Of a DNA stretch of 64,000 nt, positions 42,018 through 53,196 are shown piece by piece. The notes under the pieces are model-generated. The model was not told the DNA's origin and did no database searches. It saw nothing but the letters and a program-made list of their open reading frames with translations. How positions within the stretch are numbered: position 1 is the stretch's first letter; each line of letters opens with the position of its first letter. The translations under genes were made by a program, and so were the position numbers. The stretch is taken from the NCBI RefSeq assembly GCF_000738915.1, contig NW_026515635.1, forward strand, positions 1 to 64,000. The letters run 5' to 3'. This DNA is from Nematocida ausubeli. Taxonomy: Eukaryota.

Positions 42018-44927
42018 TTATATCATAATGGATCTGCATATTTCTATCATATTATTCCATCTAGAGTCTTTAGATTCTTCCATTATTGCTATCATCCACT
42101 CTAAGAACATATAATTTAGATTGTTAGTCGATCCATCCTCACATCCTCCTTTTGCTTTCTTTAGAAGTTCAGAAATTCTATAAATTTTCTTTGGATCAGT
42201 TCCATTCTTTGTTAAAAGCTCTATAAATGAATATTTTTCTTTCTGACATTTCTCACCACCATAAAAAGTGGGTTTTGCATAGTACACAGTGTAGAGAAAA
42301 TCGTTTTCAAACTTAGTTATTATATCAGCGATTATTATAGCACAAGGTTCATCAAATAAAAGCCCAATGTCATTGTATGTTACTAATTTTACTAACATAG
42401 ATATAAAATAAGCAAAGTCACGTTCTTTATCGCTACCTATAACTATATTTGAATAGTATGCTTTCTTTGCGGAGTGCCAATTCAATATAAAAATGCTGTC
42501 ATCATAATTACCATTTGTTGTGTAAGTACTTTTCAATATGTTCTCTAATAGGAAAAAAAGAGGATATTGTATACTGCCAAAATCTGGTTTTAGTCCGCAT
42601 TCCCGTATTTTCGATATAAATTCTGTTCTGTATTCTGGACTATTAATTCTTGGTTCAAGCAGGAGAGTATCAATATAATTGTTCGATTCGCTATTTAAGT
42701 ATGTGAGATTTATATCTGTACTTGGGTTAGAATTGATTTTACTAAAAGCAATGATTTTTTTAATTTGGTCTATATTCTTTTTAACACTCTTTATAATAAA
42801 TGGATCTGTACCCCCCACCTCATCGTTTTTTCTATACATCATAAAGCACGCGTTCCATTCTATTTTTTTTGTTTCAATGTGGCAATTGATGGAAATATGA
42901 CATTCATACCAATAGGGATGGGCATAAGGATCAGCCTGGTTCTGTTCATTGCTTTTATCATAAAGTATCCCTATCTTTCCAGCTATATCACTAAATCTTT
43001 CTTTATAAGTATGTTTATGTTTGGGATGCGTATGAACAGCAACACTTTGACTTAGAGCAATTTGCTTAATTAGCTTGGTCATATATTTTTCCATGGCATC
43101 TGCTAGTTCATTCTTCAGATCTTTCTGATGATTCATATAGATTTCTATTGATTGAAGGATATCTGTGTTTATATTGCGTTCTATCTTCAATATTTGCTCT
43201 AGCTTTTGGTGGATTCTATTGTTTTTTTCTTTGCTTTTTGCACTTTTTAGTTTCTCTTGATACAGTTTTTCCATAGTCGAAGGATATGTTAAGAGTTCTC
43301 TATATATAGAGGTATAAATTTCAGATTTTTTATCCATACTAGTTAACTTCTGTTTAGTACTATTACTAGATTTCTTAAATTTATGATAAAAACTTTTAAT
43401 TTTGGAATAAACATCTATCTCAGTTATTTCATACAGCCTATCTCTAAACTTATTTATCTTCTCTGTTTTACCCACTCCTGTTATCTCTTTAATAACATGC
43501 ATCATGTTAATCATTCCTGGCACAAGCTGGTTTCTGTCTGGCCGCATATATTGTATATTCTTGTTGGCTAGGCCGCCCACTACTTGGTTCCACTCATCGT
43601 GCAATTCCTTTGACACTTCTCCATACATGCCACTGTGCTTTTGGAAAAAGCTTTTCAGCTCCTTAGAGGCAGACTTTATGTGGTCAATTGTGTATCTGCG
43701 CTCCTTTAAGTTATATGTAATAGCGCAGAACAAGCCTAGTAGAGCTGTCTCGCCGTAGTCAGTAAAACCCTTAGATTTGTCTACATCCTCTCCAACTGGA
43801 ACAACATCCATAGCAGGCTCTAAATATATTGGATCCAGCCCAATATCTATACAATCATTGTATAAAGTTTTCTCTATTCTATCGAACATGTATGTGTTAT
43901 TTTCTTTAGTTGAGTGTTTCCCTGGTTGTATGATGTACCTTTCAAGTACTCTTTTTACTTTCATATTCATTTCTTTTTTGTCATAAAATGCATACTCAGT
44001 CAGCATAGCATACACTGTCTGAGCAAATAAATTCATTTTTTCTTTATTTTTTAGGCTGTGTTTGATATATGTCTGTATAAGGAAGCTTGGGCTATTTATA
44101 AACTCTTTGCTGTTAGGTATATTTGAACTGTATTTTTCTTCTTTTTTTTGTTTTTTTATAAAGAAGTTTATTACACGAATTATAAATTTAGACGATGCAC
44201 AGATATTCACTTTAAAGTGGTCTTCTTGTAAATTCGCCTTCTTTAGAGCAAGATATATTACGCTCCCACTTTTATTAACTTTCAGCGGTATAGCCACTCC
44301 CTCTGCAAGCAGAAAAAGAGAGGCAAGTATTTTATATTTGTACTCTTTTACACCTACCCTGTTAATAAATGCATGAAAAGAGTCTTTTTTCTCATGAACT
44401 ATAGACACATATCCGTATATAGAGGGGAACAGCTCAAGAAGGGTAGTAAAATACGCCTTCTTGTATTTAAGCATTTCACCAGTATATGAAAGAATAGGAT
44501 TCACTCTGTCCAGGCTGGAGTTTTTTATATAATGGTAGTTTAATTGAGTATCTTGTGATGCATTTCTGCTAATTCTTATAGTGACATCTTTCTGTATCTC
44601 TGGTGACATAAATCTCTTTCTGTGCATAAACCCAATGTTGCTGGCTTCTTTTCTTAGCACCATACTTACAACACGATTTGACTGTTCTTTTCTTTTTCCT
44701 TTTTTAAAAGAAGCTGCCTTTATATAGACACCTCTTAGCCCATCTACGGTCAGTATACTGTCCCAAACATGGCACAGTATAGCCAGCCCAATGAGCATGT
44801 ATACCTTTGCTCTTTGGATAGCTCTTTTCTTTTCCTCTTGTCTTATTCTATGTACTTTTATGTCTTCTGTTGCTACTTCTTTACTCTCTAATAGCTGGTT
44901 CTTTCTTTTTGAAAGATTAGACTTCAT
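42018..44927 (-). CDS. Large secreted gene family member (divergent subfamily)
   Basis: FMHRKRFMS, LFPS, ILASLFLLAEG, FLIQTYI and DYGETALLGLFC motifs. Start is placed at ATG 44927 (or 44939) from the conserved TATA module rather than GTG 45005. Confidence 0.85.
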   Translation of the reverse strand: MKSNLSKRKNQLLESKEVATEDIKVHRIRQEEKKRAIQRAKVYMLIGLAILCHVWDSILTVDGLRGVYIKAASFKKGKRKEQSNRVVSMVLRKEASNIGFMHRKRFMSPEIQKDVTIRISRNASQDTQLNYHYIKNSSLDRVNPILSYTGEMLKYKKAYFTTLLELFPSIYGYVSIVHEKKDSFHAFINRVGVKEYKYKILASLFLLAEGVAIPLKVNKSGSVIYLALKKANLQEDHFKVNICASSKFIIRVINFFIKKQKKEEKYSSNIPNSKEFINSPSFLIQTYIKHSLKNKEKMNLFAQTVYAMLTEYAFYDKKEMNMKVKRVLERYIIQPGKHSTKENNTYMFDRIEKTLYNDCIDIGLDPIYLEPAMDVVPVGEDVDKSKGFTDYGETALLGLFCAITYNLKERRYTIDHIKSASKELKSFFQKHSGMYGEVSKELHDEWNQVVGGLANKNIQYMRPDRNQLVPGMINMMHVIKEITGVGKTEKINKFRDRLYEITEIDVYSKIKSFYHKFKKSSNSTKQKLTSMDKKSEIYTSIYRELLTYPSTMEKLYQEKLKSAKSKEKNNRIHQKLEQILKIERNINTDILQSIEIYMNHQKDLKNELADAMEKYMTKLIKQIALSQSVAVHTHPKHKHTYKERFSDIAGKIGILYDKSNEQNQADPYAHPYWYECHISINCHIETKKIEWNACFMMYRKNDEVGGTDPFIIKSVKKNIDQIKKIIAFSKINSNPSTDINLTYLNSESNNYIDTLLLEPRINSPEYRTEFISKIRECGLKPDFGSIQYPLFFLLENILKSTYTTNGNYDDSIFILNWHSAKKAYYSNIVIGSDKERDFAYFISMLVKLVTYNDIGLLFDEPCAIIIADIITKFENDFLYTVYYAKPTFYGGEKCQKEKYSFIELLTKNGTDPKKIYRISELLKKAKGGCEDGSTNNLNYMFLEWMIAIMEESKDSRWNNMIEICRSIMI

Positions 44928-45065
44928 TATACTAAACATTCTATAGCTTACTTTTTGTTGTCTATTTATAGACCATAAAATTAGAAATTTATCAGTAGTA
45001 TACACACATAAGTAAAAACATAACAGACAGACATCATTATTAAATTAAAAATTACTTAATTAACT

Positions 45066-45346
45066 GTTGGTTTTCCTTGCCTCAAGGGCATTGAAACCTT
45101 CTCTCCGGTTCAGCAATGTAGATCGATGTTGGTTATTGCCTCCGGGCTTTGGCTAGGCCAACATGCTACAAAGGGGGCTCTACTTGTTTACGGGTCATAC
45201 TATAGTGATCTATGATTATGTGACACTTGCTGTCACTTTACGATTTGATGTGGAAAACTTTGCTTGTGCTGTCAAAAAGCATTAATCAACTTCCATGTAC
45301 AAAACTATATATAGACAATGAGAAATAAATTATATCCAAGTTTAGT
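45066..45346. promoter_or_regulatory. Conserved non-coding module X plus TATA module B (copy 1)
   Basis: Colinear with 52929-53196. Confidence 0.7.
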
Positions 45347-45715
45347 ATGACTAAGTCTAATATTTCGAAGAGGAAAATTCAGCTTTAACTGTAACATAAA
45401 AAAATAGAGACCCACATAATGTGTTTATCTGCTGCTGCTAACACTACAAATATGTACTTTAATATGTGTGCATACTATTTGCTGCAAAACTGCTACTTCT
45501 CTTGAACTTTCTTACCATAGTAGAACTATATGGAATAAAGTAATTGGTATTGAGCTGTCTGAATCTGAGAAGTGCAGCCTATACAAACACACGGCCGAGC
45601 AAGCAGCCATGCACGTGCTTAAGAGATTAATAAAAGTTCTTTACTATAAGGATGCTGTTCATCTTCAGTTATTATTTACATACCACAATGTCTCCTTTAC
45701 TAAAGTAGACTACTG
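45347..45715 (+). pseudogene. Decayed 5' remnant of a secreted-family gene
   Basis: MTKSNISKRKIQL* is homologous to MKSNLSKRKNQLL of the 42018-44927 gene; a frameshifted hydrophobic VYLLLLTLQICTLICV follows. Confidence 0.5.
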
Positions 45716-46681
45716 TGTATGTGTTTGTTCTTTTATTTCTGTGCATCTGTCTACTTTGTCCTTTTCTTCTCTTTCAGTGTGCTTTTTGTATTTTTATTCT
45801 CTTATAAATTGGGAAATAAAGTATACATACAGCTCTCTGAAGCAATTTATTTTACATAGGTATAAAAAGAGAAATAAAGCATGAGAGACAGGGAAAAGAA
45901 GAAAAGTAGCATATTTCAGAGAACCACTATTGCTCAGACATGAAGAGAGAAGAAAGAGAGAAACAGAGAGAATAGCACACTACAAGCAAATAGAGAACGA
46001 AACAAGCATTTATTGACAGCTATACACACTCTCTCTTACTCAGAACACACTGGGGTGTATTGTGCACCATAGAAATGCATAGAGATACCTTATTAATGTG
46101 CAATATACTATACACATAGGCTGAGTGTAAAGGCGCTTGCAGAATAGCACACTTACAGTGCTTGGGAACTCCATTAAAAACACACCCAATTCTAGCATTA
46201 TTGCATCAAGTTAATGTTGAATGCCAACCTCTGCCATATACCAGAAACTAAACTAAGAACCCATCCACATACATTTAACTGGCAGCTGCAATTCGGCTTA
46301 TATTATTGCACCAAACTCGCATAGACACTCGAATATAAATTCAAATATAAAATAGCAGACGATTCAAGGACAGTCCTAAACAACTAAACAAGAGAGCTAG
46401 CTTAAAATATTTTTACTACAATAATAAAAGTTCCTTGCACAGAAATAGGTGCTATTCCTAGGTCATGCTACTTCTCCCTAGATAACATACAATCTACTGG
46501 TTAGAATATCATTTGCCTCTGGACCAGCTAATGGGGCAAACATACGCATATGCATGTTTCGTTGAGTGATATTGAGTGAAAACTATTGATCAACGCATAT
46601 AACCTAAAGGCCAATAAAAATAGCATATAAACCCCCTGTGTTTACCCGTTACTATATATTAAAAATGATTTATTTTATTTA

Positions 46682-49354
46682 ATGAAAACGAATTCTTTCG
46701 TTATTTGGATCAAGGCAGTTGCCTTAATCAGTGTTCTACTGATGAGCACGCACAGAGCAGACATGACATTGGACGAGGTGGAGACCACTCTGCAGTTTGA
46801 AATTGCAACGGATACAGCACCAGTGAAGATAAACCCAGAGGGGCCTCTCAACTTCCTCCGGGGATACATCTACCAGAAAATGGACTTTATGTACAACAAA
46901 AGATTCTTTTCGCCACAAATTAAGACAGACTATCTCTTAAAGAAAGAATGTATAGGTGAGTTTTATGAATTCTATACATATAACCGAGATAGACAAATGG
47001 ACAAAGCATACAAAGACCTATCAAAGAATAAAATGGATGAGTACAATGAGCAGTACCACAGTCATCTTATTGATCTGTTTCCATCACCAACTGGCGACAT
47101 AACCATAGAGACGCGAGGAAACCAGTCCTTTGTTCAGTTCCTTCGTGCAGATAAAACAAAGAAGCATGCATTGCAGATTCTGGCTTTATTACTGCTTTTT
47201 TCAGAGGGAGTGAATATTCACATTGATGTCAGCAATACAGTACTGAAGGTCTATGAACCAAGCAAAAAAGATGAAATATACTTTGAAGTGTCCATGGCAA
47301 TTCCATGGAAAAATGATAAAACAGGTAAGGAAGAAACATTCCAACAGAAGAAAGTTAATCAAATGATCAAATTCTTCAAGAAGAATGCAACCAAACATGA
47401 AGTGCTTAGTATAATGAAGGACAAGTGCTCATATGATGAGGTTTCCACAGGAAAGTTTCTGGACAGTCCTAAATTCCTGATACAGTCGTACATATTTGGA
47501 TTCATAGAAAGTGCAGAGAATGCAATTGAGTTTATCCAGACTGTGCACACTATGACAGAGAAGTATGCACCAAAGACAGAAGCACCAAGCAAAGATGACT
47601 CTGTATATGACAGACTGTTTAAGCCTGCTAACACTGCAACAGACACAGACTGTATGGCTCTAATGAAGAAAACTCAAGAGATTATGAATGGAAATCGGGA
47701 CTTTTCATCTACAGGCAGCATGAAACTTCCTAGATATATATCTGTTCCTATGCGTGATCCAATAACAAAAGTGCTCTCTGCAAAACTAGGAGAGTACAGC
47801 AACTGCGTCGAGTGCATGATTCTTTCTCTTTTCTGCTGCCTGGCATATGATCCATCTGACTCTACATATAAAACTGACCATATGGGGAATGTCTCTGAAA
47901 GTTTGAAAGAATTCTTCGCCCCTGAGAACCAGCCATTTGACACAACAAAGAATGAATTTCAGATAAAGTGGTGCAATGTTGTTGCGTGTCTAGACGAGCC
48001 TAGCATTACATACTGCAAGGGAAGAAACGAGCTAGACTGCGGTATTATAAATATGCTCATGGTTATTGCTGAAATAGTAAATGCTCCAGAGGATGAAAAG
48101 AAGAAAATACTTGGATTTTCAGAGAGGTTAAAGGAGGAAGAGGGCATGTTAGAGAATAGTCTTTCAAAGGATATTCAAGAGTACACTAAAGAACTACTTA
48201 AACGCTTATCCAAGACAAAGAATATAGAAATAGAGTTCTTTTGTCTTACAAGAGATGAGTGTACTAATGGAAGATACGATGTGTGTGGAGAGATTACTAT
48301 TTTATTTGAGCAAGGCAACTTTGAGAATAAAATAGTCATAAAAATATCCCAAGCCCATAGTTCTATTAAGATAGAGCCTATTGTTGTGGACTCTGATAAT
48401 TATCGAGTATGGAAATTGAATGGAATTGCACAAATCTGTAAAAATGGGATAGAATTCATTGGAAATCTGTTTTCTATATATGTTGACTATGAAGCAAGAA
48501 ATCTTGATACTCCTGAGAAGAACAAAGAGTTTATAAAGGCCCAAGTGCGCAAGACCATTGAGAACAACTTCACAGACATAAATAGACTGCTGCTCATAGA
48601 AAAGATGAATGACTTAGAATATAAGAAGAAATTAGTCGCCTGCTCTATAGCGTACACTCTGGATAAAAAGCTACTTCCAATGGATCCGATTATTCGGTTT
48701 ATCTCCAACATAATAGGAAGCACAGAGCTAGATAACTCGGAAATTCAACTTTTTGTTCTCTCACCAATTATGTGCGCTGGTCTGCTTAATAAAAAAGGCA
48801 GTAGTCTCTGCTACCCGAATATAGAGATGATAGAGGACCAATATGAAAACGTCATGGGATGCGCAATGTGGTATGATTTTGTTGAATATGTGTTAGATTG
48901 TGATATATCCATTTTCATTGTATGGATTAAATACTGCATAGACAACTTTAGTCTATATAACTCGGAGGGCCAGTGTGAATTATTAAACTTTCAAGTGGCT
49001 GAACCTGTTTTTAAATATATATTTAAAGACAACAAAATGGAGTATGCTAACGCAGTTGATGAGGTTATAGCACAAGACTATCCTAAAGAGAAAGATGTGA
49101 TAATAAGTTATCTTCACTATACCTGGTTCATGTATCTTATTTTACAGGACATCCCAAATATAGAGCTGATTAAAGAAAACTTTGATGCCATCCAGAATCC
49201 AAACTATATTCCGGAGAATTTCAGATATCATAATAAGCAAATCATTGTCCAAGCCCTCACAGAGCTAAAGGACCAGCTATGCACTAGTGAAGACTCTATT
49301 GCCAAGTTTGACGAGCTTATACGCCGATATAAGCCAGATTCTACCACTTCATGA
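46682..49354 (+). CDS. Large secreted gene family member (probably Nematocida NemLGF1-type), with signal peptide
   Basis: N-terminal signal peptide; INPEGPLNFLRGY, MYNKRFFS, LFPS, ILALLLLFSEG, FLIQSYI and YSNCVE..LSLFCCLAYD. Confidence 0.9.
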   Translation: MKTNSFVIWIKAVALISVLLMSTHRADMTLDEVETTLQFEIATDTAPVKINPEGPLNFLRGYIYQKMDFMYNKRFFSPQIKTDYLLKKECIGEFYEFYTYNRDRQMDKAYKDLSKNKMDEYNEQYHSHLIDLFPSPTGDITIETRGNQSFVQFLRADKTKKHALQILALLLLFSEGVNIHIDVSNTVLKVYEPSKKDEIYFEVSMAIPWKNDKTGKEETFQQKKVNQMIKFFKKNATKHEVLSIMKDKCSYDEVSTGKFLDSPKFLIQSYIFGFIESAENAIEFIQTVHTMTEKYAPKTEAPSKDDSVYDRLFKPANTATDTDCMALMKKTQEIMNGNRDFSSTGSMKLPRYISVPMRDPITKVLSAKLGEYSNCVECMILSLFCCLAYDPSDSTYKTDHMGNVSESLKEFFAPENQPFDTTKNEFQIKWCNVVACLDEPSITYCKGRNELDCGIINMLMVIAEIVNAPEDEKKKILGFSERLKEEEGMLENSLSKDIQEYTKELLKRLSKTKNIEIEFFCLTRDECTNGRYDVCGEITILFEQGNFENKIVIKISQAHSSIKIEPIVVDSDNYRVWKLNGIAQICKNGIEFIGNLFSIYVDYEARNLDTPEKNKEFIKAQVRKTIENNFTDINRLLLIEKMNDLEYKKKLVACSIAYTLDKKLLPMDPIIRFISNIIGSTELDNSEIQLFVLSPIMCAGLLNKKGSSLCYPNIEMIEDQYENVMGCAMWYDFVEYVLDCDISIFIVWIKYCIDNFSLYNSEGQCELLNFQVAEPVFKYIFKDNKMEYANAVDEVIAQDYPKEKDVIISYLHYTWFMYLILQDIPNIELIKENFDAIQNPNYIPENFRYHNKQIIVQALTELKDQLCTSEDSIAKFDELIRRYKPDSTTS

Positions 49355-49926
49355 GATGCACAAACTTAGACACTTCTTTGACTAGAAAAGTCTTTATAAA
49401 TTTCAATAAAAGCTTTTCTCTAGTATTTCTAAAGAACTCTAGCTAAAGTACTTTGTACAAAGATTCTTCACATAGCACAGCTAGAATTAAAATATTTTAT
49501 ACTTAGCAAACATATAGTGAACAACTAACAACATGGCAGTATATAGAAAAACTAGCTCTAATATAACCCGAGTTACTGCACCATAGTGCCCTCTTAAGTG
49601 GCATATTTTAAACTCGCTTATTTCAACAGTCCTATGTGAAACAGGTATTAACACACAAATTTGAAATAACCTTGTTAAAGCCTAACACTTATACTCTCTA
49701 TTTAGACTGCTCTCTCATGGTGGGGATGCTGCTACTTTGGACACACCATGTATTAGAGATCGCACACAAATGGAAATACCATCGCATCCCTACTACCATG
49801 CGTACATACAATATAACATAATTATTTAATGTATGTTGGGAAAATGTCATAAAATAGTTTGCTGATTAATTTATTGTAAATGTATGTGCAGATTTAACTT
49901 CCGTTATATTATGATTATATTTAAAT

Positions 49927-52713
49927 CTAAACTGGAGGAAAAGTTGGTTTTCTAAAGTACAGTACTAATTTATCATACTTTTCCATGCTTTTTCTATCAT
50001 CCTCTGTGCAGAAAAGAGCTTTTCTTTCTTCTAAAACACTTAGACATTTTTTAAATTGTCTAGAGGTTAAAACAGTGTTTCCCAAAGCATTCATAACCGA
50101 ACTCGCCAAATCGTCATCTAAGGTTACAAAGCTGTAAACCTTCTTAATAAACTCTGTTGAAAACCCACTACCACTTGAGCATGTATGAATAAACCATAAA
50201 AAGCATATATAGTTTAAGTCTACAGCTTTTGTGGATTTTGTAAGAATGCAATGAATCTCCATTAGATTAGATACCAGTTTATAAGACGTAATGTGTTCAA
50301 ACAGTTCTTCTGACGCTATAAACCAAAGTCTTAAATCATATACCTTTTCATTATTTATACTTGCTCTAAGATAGTTTTGCATGGCTTTATATGCGATAGA
50401 AGCTGGCAGATTTAGTAACACACTATGTAAATGCATTATTTCTGTAGTCTCCCAAATAGCATCTGCAGGATGCTCAGATGGCTTATATCCAAGTCTTGGA
50501 TAGTATTTCTGCCAGCTTGCATGAAATGGGAAGAATCGCATCATTATTTGCTGAACTGTAAAATCATTAAGCGGAACACTTCCTAAAATGTTTCTAGTAA
50601 ACCGCACCAAATAGTTGGTTGAATCTATCTTTGTTCCAATCGTACTAAGTATAACAGTCTTTATAATCCAGGACTTAATGCTAGTACTAGTAAGCTTTCC
50701 TAATAAGAGTACTTTATATGGCTCCTTAAACGAATTCTGTAACATGTGATCGGTTGTATATTTACGATATTCTAAATGGATTTTAGAGTCAGATCCTGAA
50801 TCAGCTAATCCTAAATAAAAGTAGTGGTCCATAATGTATCCTATATAGCAGTCTAGCCCATCGTAAATACTCTTTACCTTTTTATATTCTTCTATAATAT
50901 ATGCAGACTTAGCCTCCTGTAATGAAAGAAAAGTAAGGTCTGTGTGGTCTGTATCTATTTTCAAAACAATTTCACTACGTGCTTTATTGAACGTATAGAT
51001 AAATTTAATTTCAGAAAAAATATCTGCTTTGCCATTTGATCTCTTTTCAAGTTCCATATGACTGCAGTTTACTCTTACATTTGTATTCAGTGATAAAGCC
51101 CGAATAATTAATTCTATCTTATCTGAAATATAAGATATCTGCTTATTATCTAATTTTCCTGCCCTGCATACATTCTCTATATACTTAATTAGCGCGAGTG
51201 TGTGTTTTTTCTGGTCTGTTATTTCTGCTATAGCAAGAAATATATTTCCAATCCCAGAGAGAAGCCCGTTTTTATCCTGTTCGTAGTCAATCTTGTCATT
51301 CTTTAAGCATGCAACAACTCTGCTCCACTCCTTGTGCATTTCGAAGTCGGCAGCTTTAGTTGGCTTAGGATACTTTTCAAAGAACTCCTTCAGCTCTTTA
51401 CTTATTCCTGCCCCCATGTGGCGTGTTTCATACTTTTTTGTTCTTGGGTTGTATGCTAGACAGCAGAACAGCCCAAGAAGAGCTGTCTCTACACAGTCGC
51501 TATAGTATAAGGCTTTGCTTCTCTCAAAACCAGACTTGTCCAGTTTACACTGTGGTACTTTAGTATACCGCGGCAGCTGGCTGGAATCAAGGAAGGGAAA
51601 TCTTATTTCTATATTTGTAGCCTGAATAAGGTTACAGAATGATTCAATGTGCTTTATGTTTTCATCAGATGCTCCTTTTACTAGAAAAAGCTCTTTGAAT
51701 ATTCTCACCTTCCTGCAATTCTTTTTAGTATATCTATTTAGATTGCTTTTTTCAGTAAATTGATCAACTAGTAGCTCATGCACTGCATCCACAAAGTCCT
51801 TGTAGTCCTCTGCAGTATTAATAAACTCGTATATGTATGTCTGTATAAGGAACCCTGCACTATTCAAAAATCTTCCGCTCTGAAACTCTTCTCTGGTAGT
51901 TGGCATTGCAAACTCACTTCCTTTCTTTAGCAGCGGATTCTCTTTGCACCGAATATAGAAGTTGATGATCTGGGCTGTCTCGTGTTGGTATATATCCTCT
52001 TTATACGGCTTAGCAGCTGGGTCTATACTTGCTGTGTACATTTCTACCTTCACAAACACTTTTTCCTGGACTGTTTTGCTTTTTATCACGAGCTTCTTTT
52101 TCTTTTCTGTATGGTCTACAGCTATTTTAATGTCAATACCTTCTGAGAGAAGCAGCAGTGCAGCAAGGATATATTTTGCATCCTTCTTGACATGTTCTGC
52201 TCTTAAGAAGTTTGTAAGTGCAGTTAGTCTACCTGCCTCAATAGAAAGGTTTCCAGCTGCAGACGGAAACATCTTTATGAGCTGTGCGTGATAAGTGCTA
52301 AGATACTTGCCATTCGGGGCCTGTGTAGCTATGTCCTTGTATACTCTGTCATTGACTGGTGTTCTTGTAAATTTATAAACCTGTTCATTTTTACTTGATA
52401 TTTCTTTCTTAGACAACACATAGTCTGTGTCTATTTCAGAGGAATAAAATCGCTTGTTGTACATATATCCATTCCGGTTTCCAATGTATCCACGCAGCAG
52501 ATTTAATGGTCCCTTTGGGTTAATAAATACATCTTGCCTCCTGCCAATAAAAGCCTTACTAACTTTCTTTATGTCCTCCACTGCTAATTTTGTAAGAATA
52601 CTCTGTAACGTTATTAAGCTAAGAAGTACTCTGCAGCCGATTCTGTATAAATAAATAAAAGATCTTTTCTTTAAATGCTTTGGTTTCTTGACCTCCATTA
52701 TCTGAGTTAGCAT
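49927..52713 (-). CDS. Large secreted gene family member
   Basis: INPKGPLNLLRGY, MYNKRFYS, MFPS, ILAALLLLSEG, FLIQTYIYEF and YSDCVETALLGLFCCLAYN; N-terminal hydrophobic segment. Confidence 0.9.
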   Translation of the reverse strand: MLTQIMEVKKPKHLKKRSFIYLYRIGCRVLLSLITLQSILTKLAVEDIKKVSKAFIGRRQDVFINPKGPLNLLRGYIGNRNGYMYNKRFYSSEIDTDYVLSKKEISSKNEQVYKFTRTPVNDRVYKDIATQAPNGKYLSTYHAQLIKMFPSAAGNLSIEAGRLTALTNFLRAEHVKKDAKYILAALLLLSEGIDIKIAVDHTEKKKKLVIKSKTVQEKVFVKVEMYTASIDPAAKPYKEDIYQHETAQIINFYIRCKENPLLKKGSEFAMPTTREEFQSGRFLNSAGFLIQTYIYEFINTAEDYKDFVDAVHELLVDQFTEKSNLNRYTKKNCRKVRIFKELFLVKGASDENIKHIESFCNLIQATNIEIRFPFLDSSQLPRYTKVPQCKLDKSGFERSKALYYSDCVETALLGLFCCLAYNPRTKKYETRHMGAGISKELKEFFEKYPKPTKAADFEMHKEWSRVVACLKNDKIDYEQDKNGLLSGIGNIFLAIAEITDQKKHTLALIKYIENVCRAGKLDNKQISYISDKIELIIRALSLNTNVRVNCSHMELEKRSNGKADIFSEIKFIYTFNKARSEIVLKIDTDHTDLTFLSLQEAKSAYIIEEYKKVKSIYDGLDCYIGYIMDHYFYLGLADSGSDSKIHLEYRKYTTDHMLQNSFKEPYKVLLLGKLTSTSIKSWIIKTVILSTIGTKIDSTNYLVRFTRNILGSVPLNDFTVQQIMMRFFPFHASWQKYYPRLGYKPSEHPADAIWETTEIMHLHSVLLNLPASIAYKAMQNYLRASINNEKVYDLRLWFIASEELFEHITSYKLVSNLMEIHCILTKSTKAVDLNYICFLWFIHTCSSGSGFSTEFIKKVYSFVTLDDDLASSVMNALGNTVLTSRQFKKCLSVLEERKALFCTEDDRKSMEKYDKLVLYFRKPTFPPV

Positions 52714-52744
52714 CTTAAGGGGCCAATTGCCAAACTCTATTTTT

Positions 52745-53196
52745 TATTCGAAAACTCAAATCTTTAAATAGTTTGGTCTTTAATTTAGTTTTAACCTTCT
52801 ATTAAATAAACAAACAAGCCAATAATCTATGGCTGGGTGTTCCAACAAACACTATTATCTCTGTTTCTGCTGTTGCTAATAATATGAATACAGTCAGATG
52901 TTACGCAGAGTATGTAACAATCATTGGCGTTGGTTTTTCTTGTCTTTAAGGCCATGAAACCTCTCTCTGGGCCAGCAATCTAGTTGGTAATTGGTCATTG
53001 CCCCCCCAGGATTTGGCCTCGGCCAACACGCTAAAAGGAGTTCTACTTGTTTAGGCGTCTACGATCAAGTGGTTCAATAAATGACACATGCTGCCATTTG
53101 TCTTAACTTCTAGAATACTTTCATGGCACCAGTTTGATAGGCTTCTCCTGGAGGTCTATAAATAGACAACAAGAAATAAATTATATCTAGATTATT
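52745..53196. promoter_or_regulatory. Composite bidirectional spacer: module A, module X and TATA module B
   Basis: Parts match 41520-41690, 45066-45346 and (inverted) 44957-44974. Confidence 0.7.
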
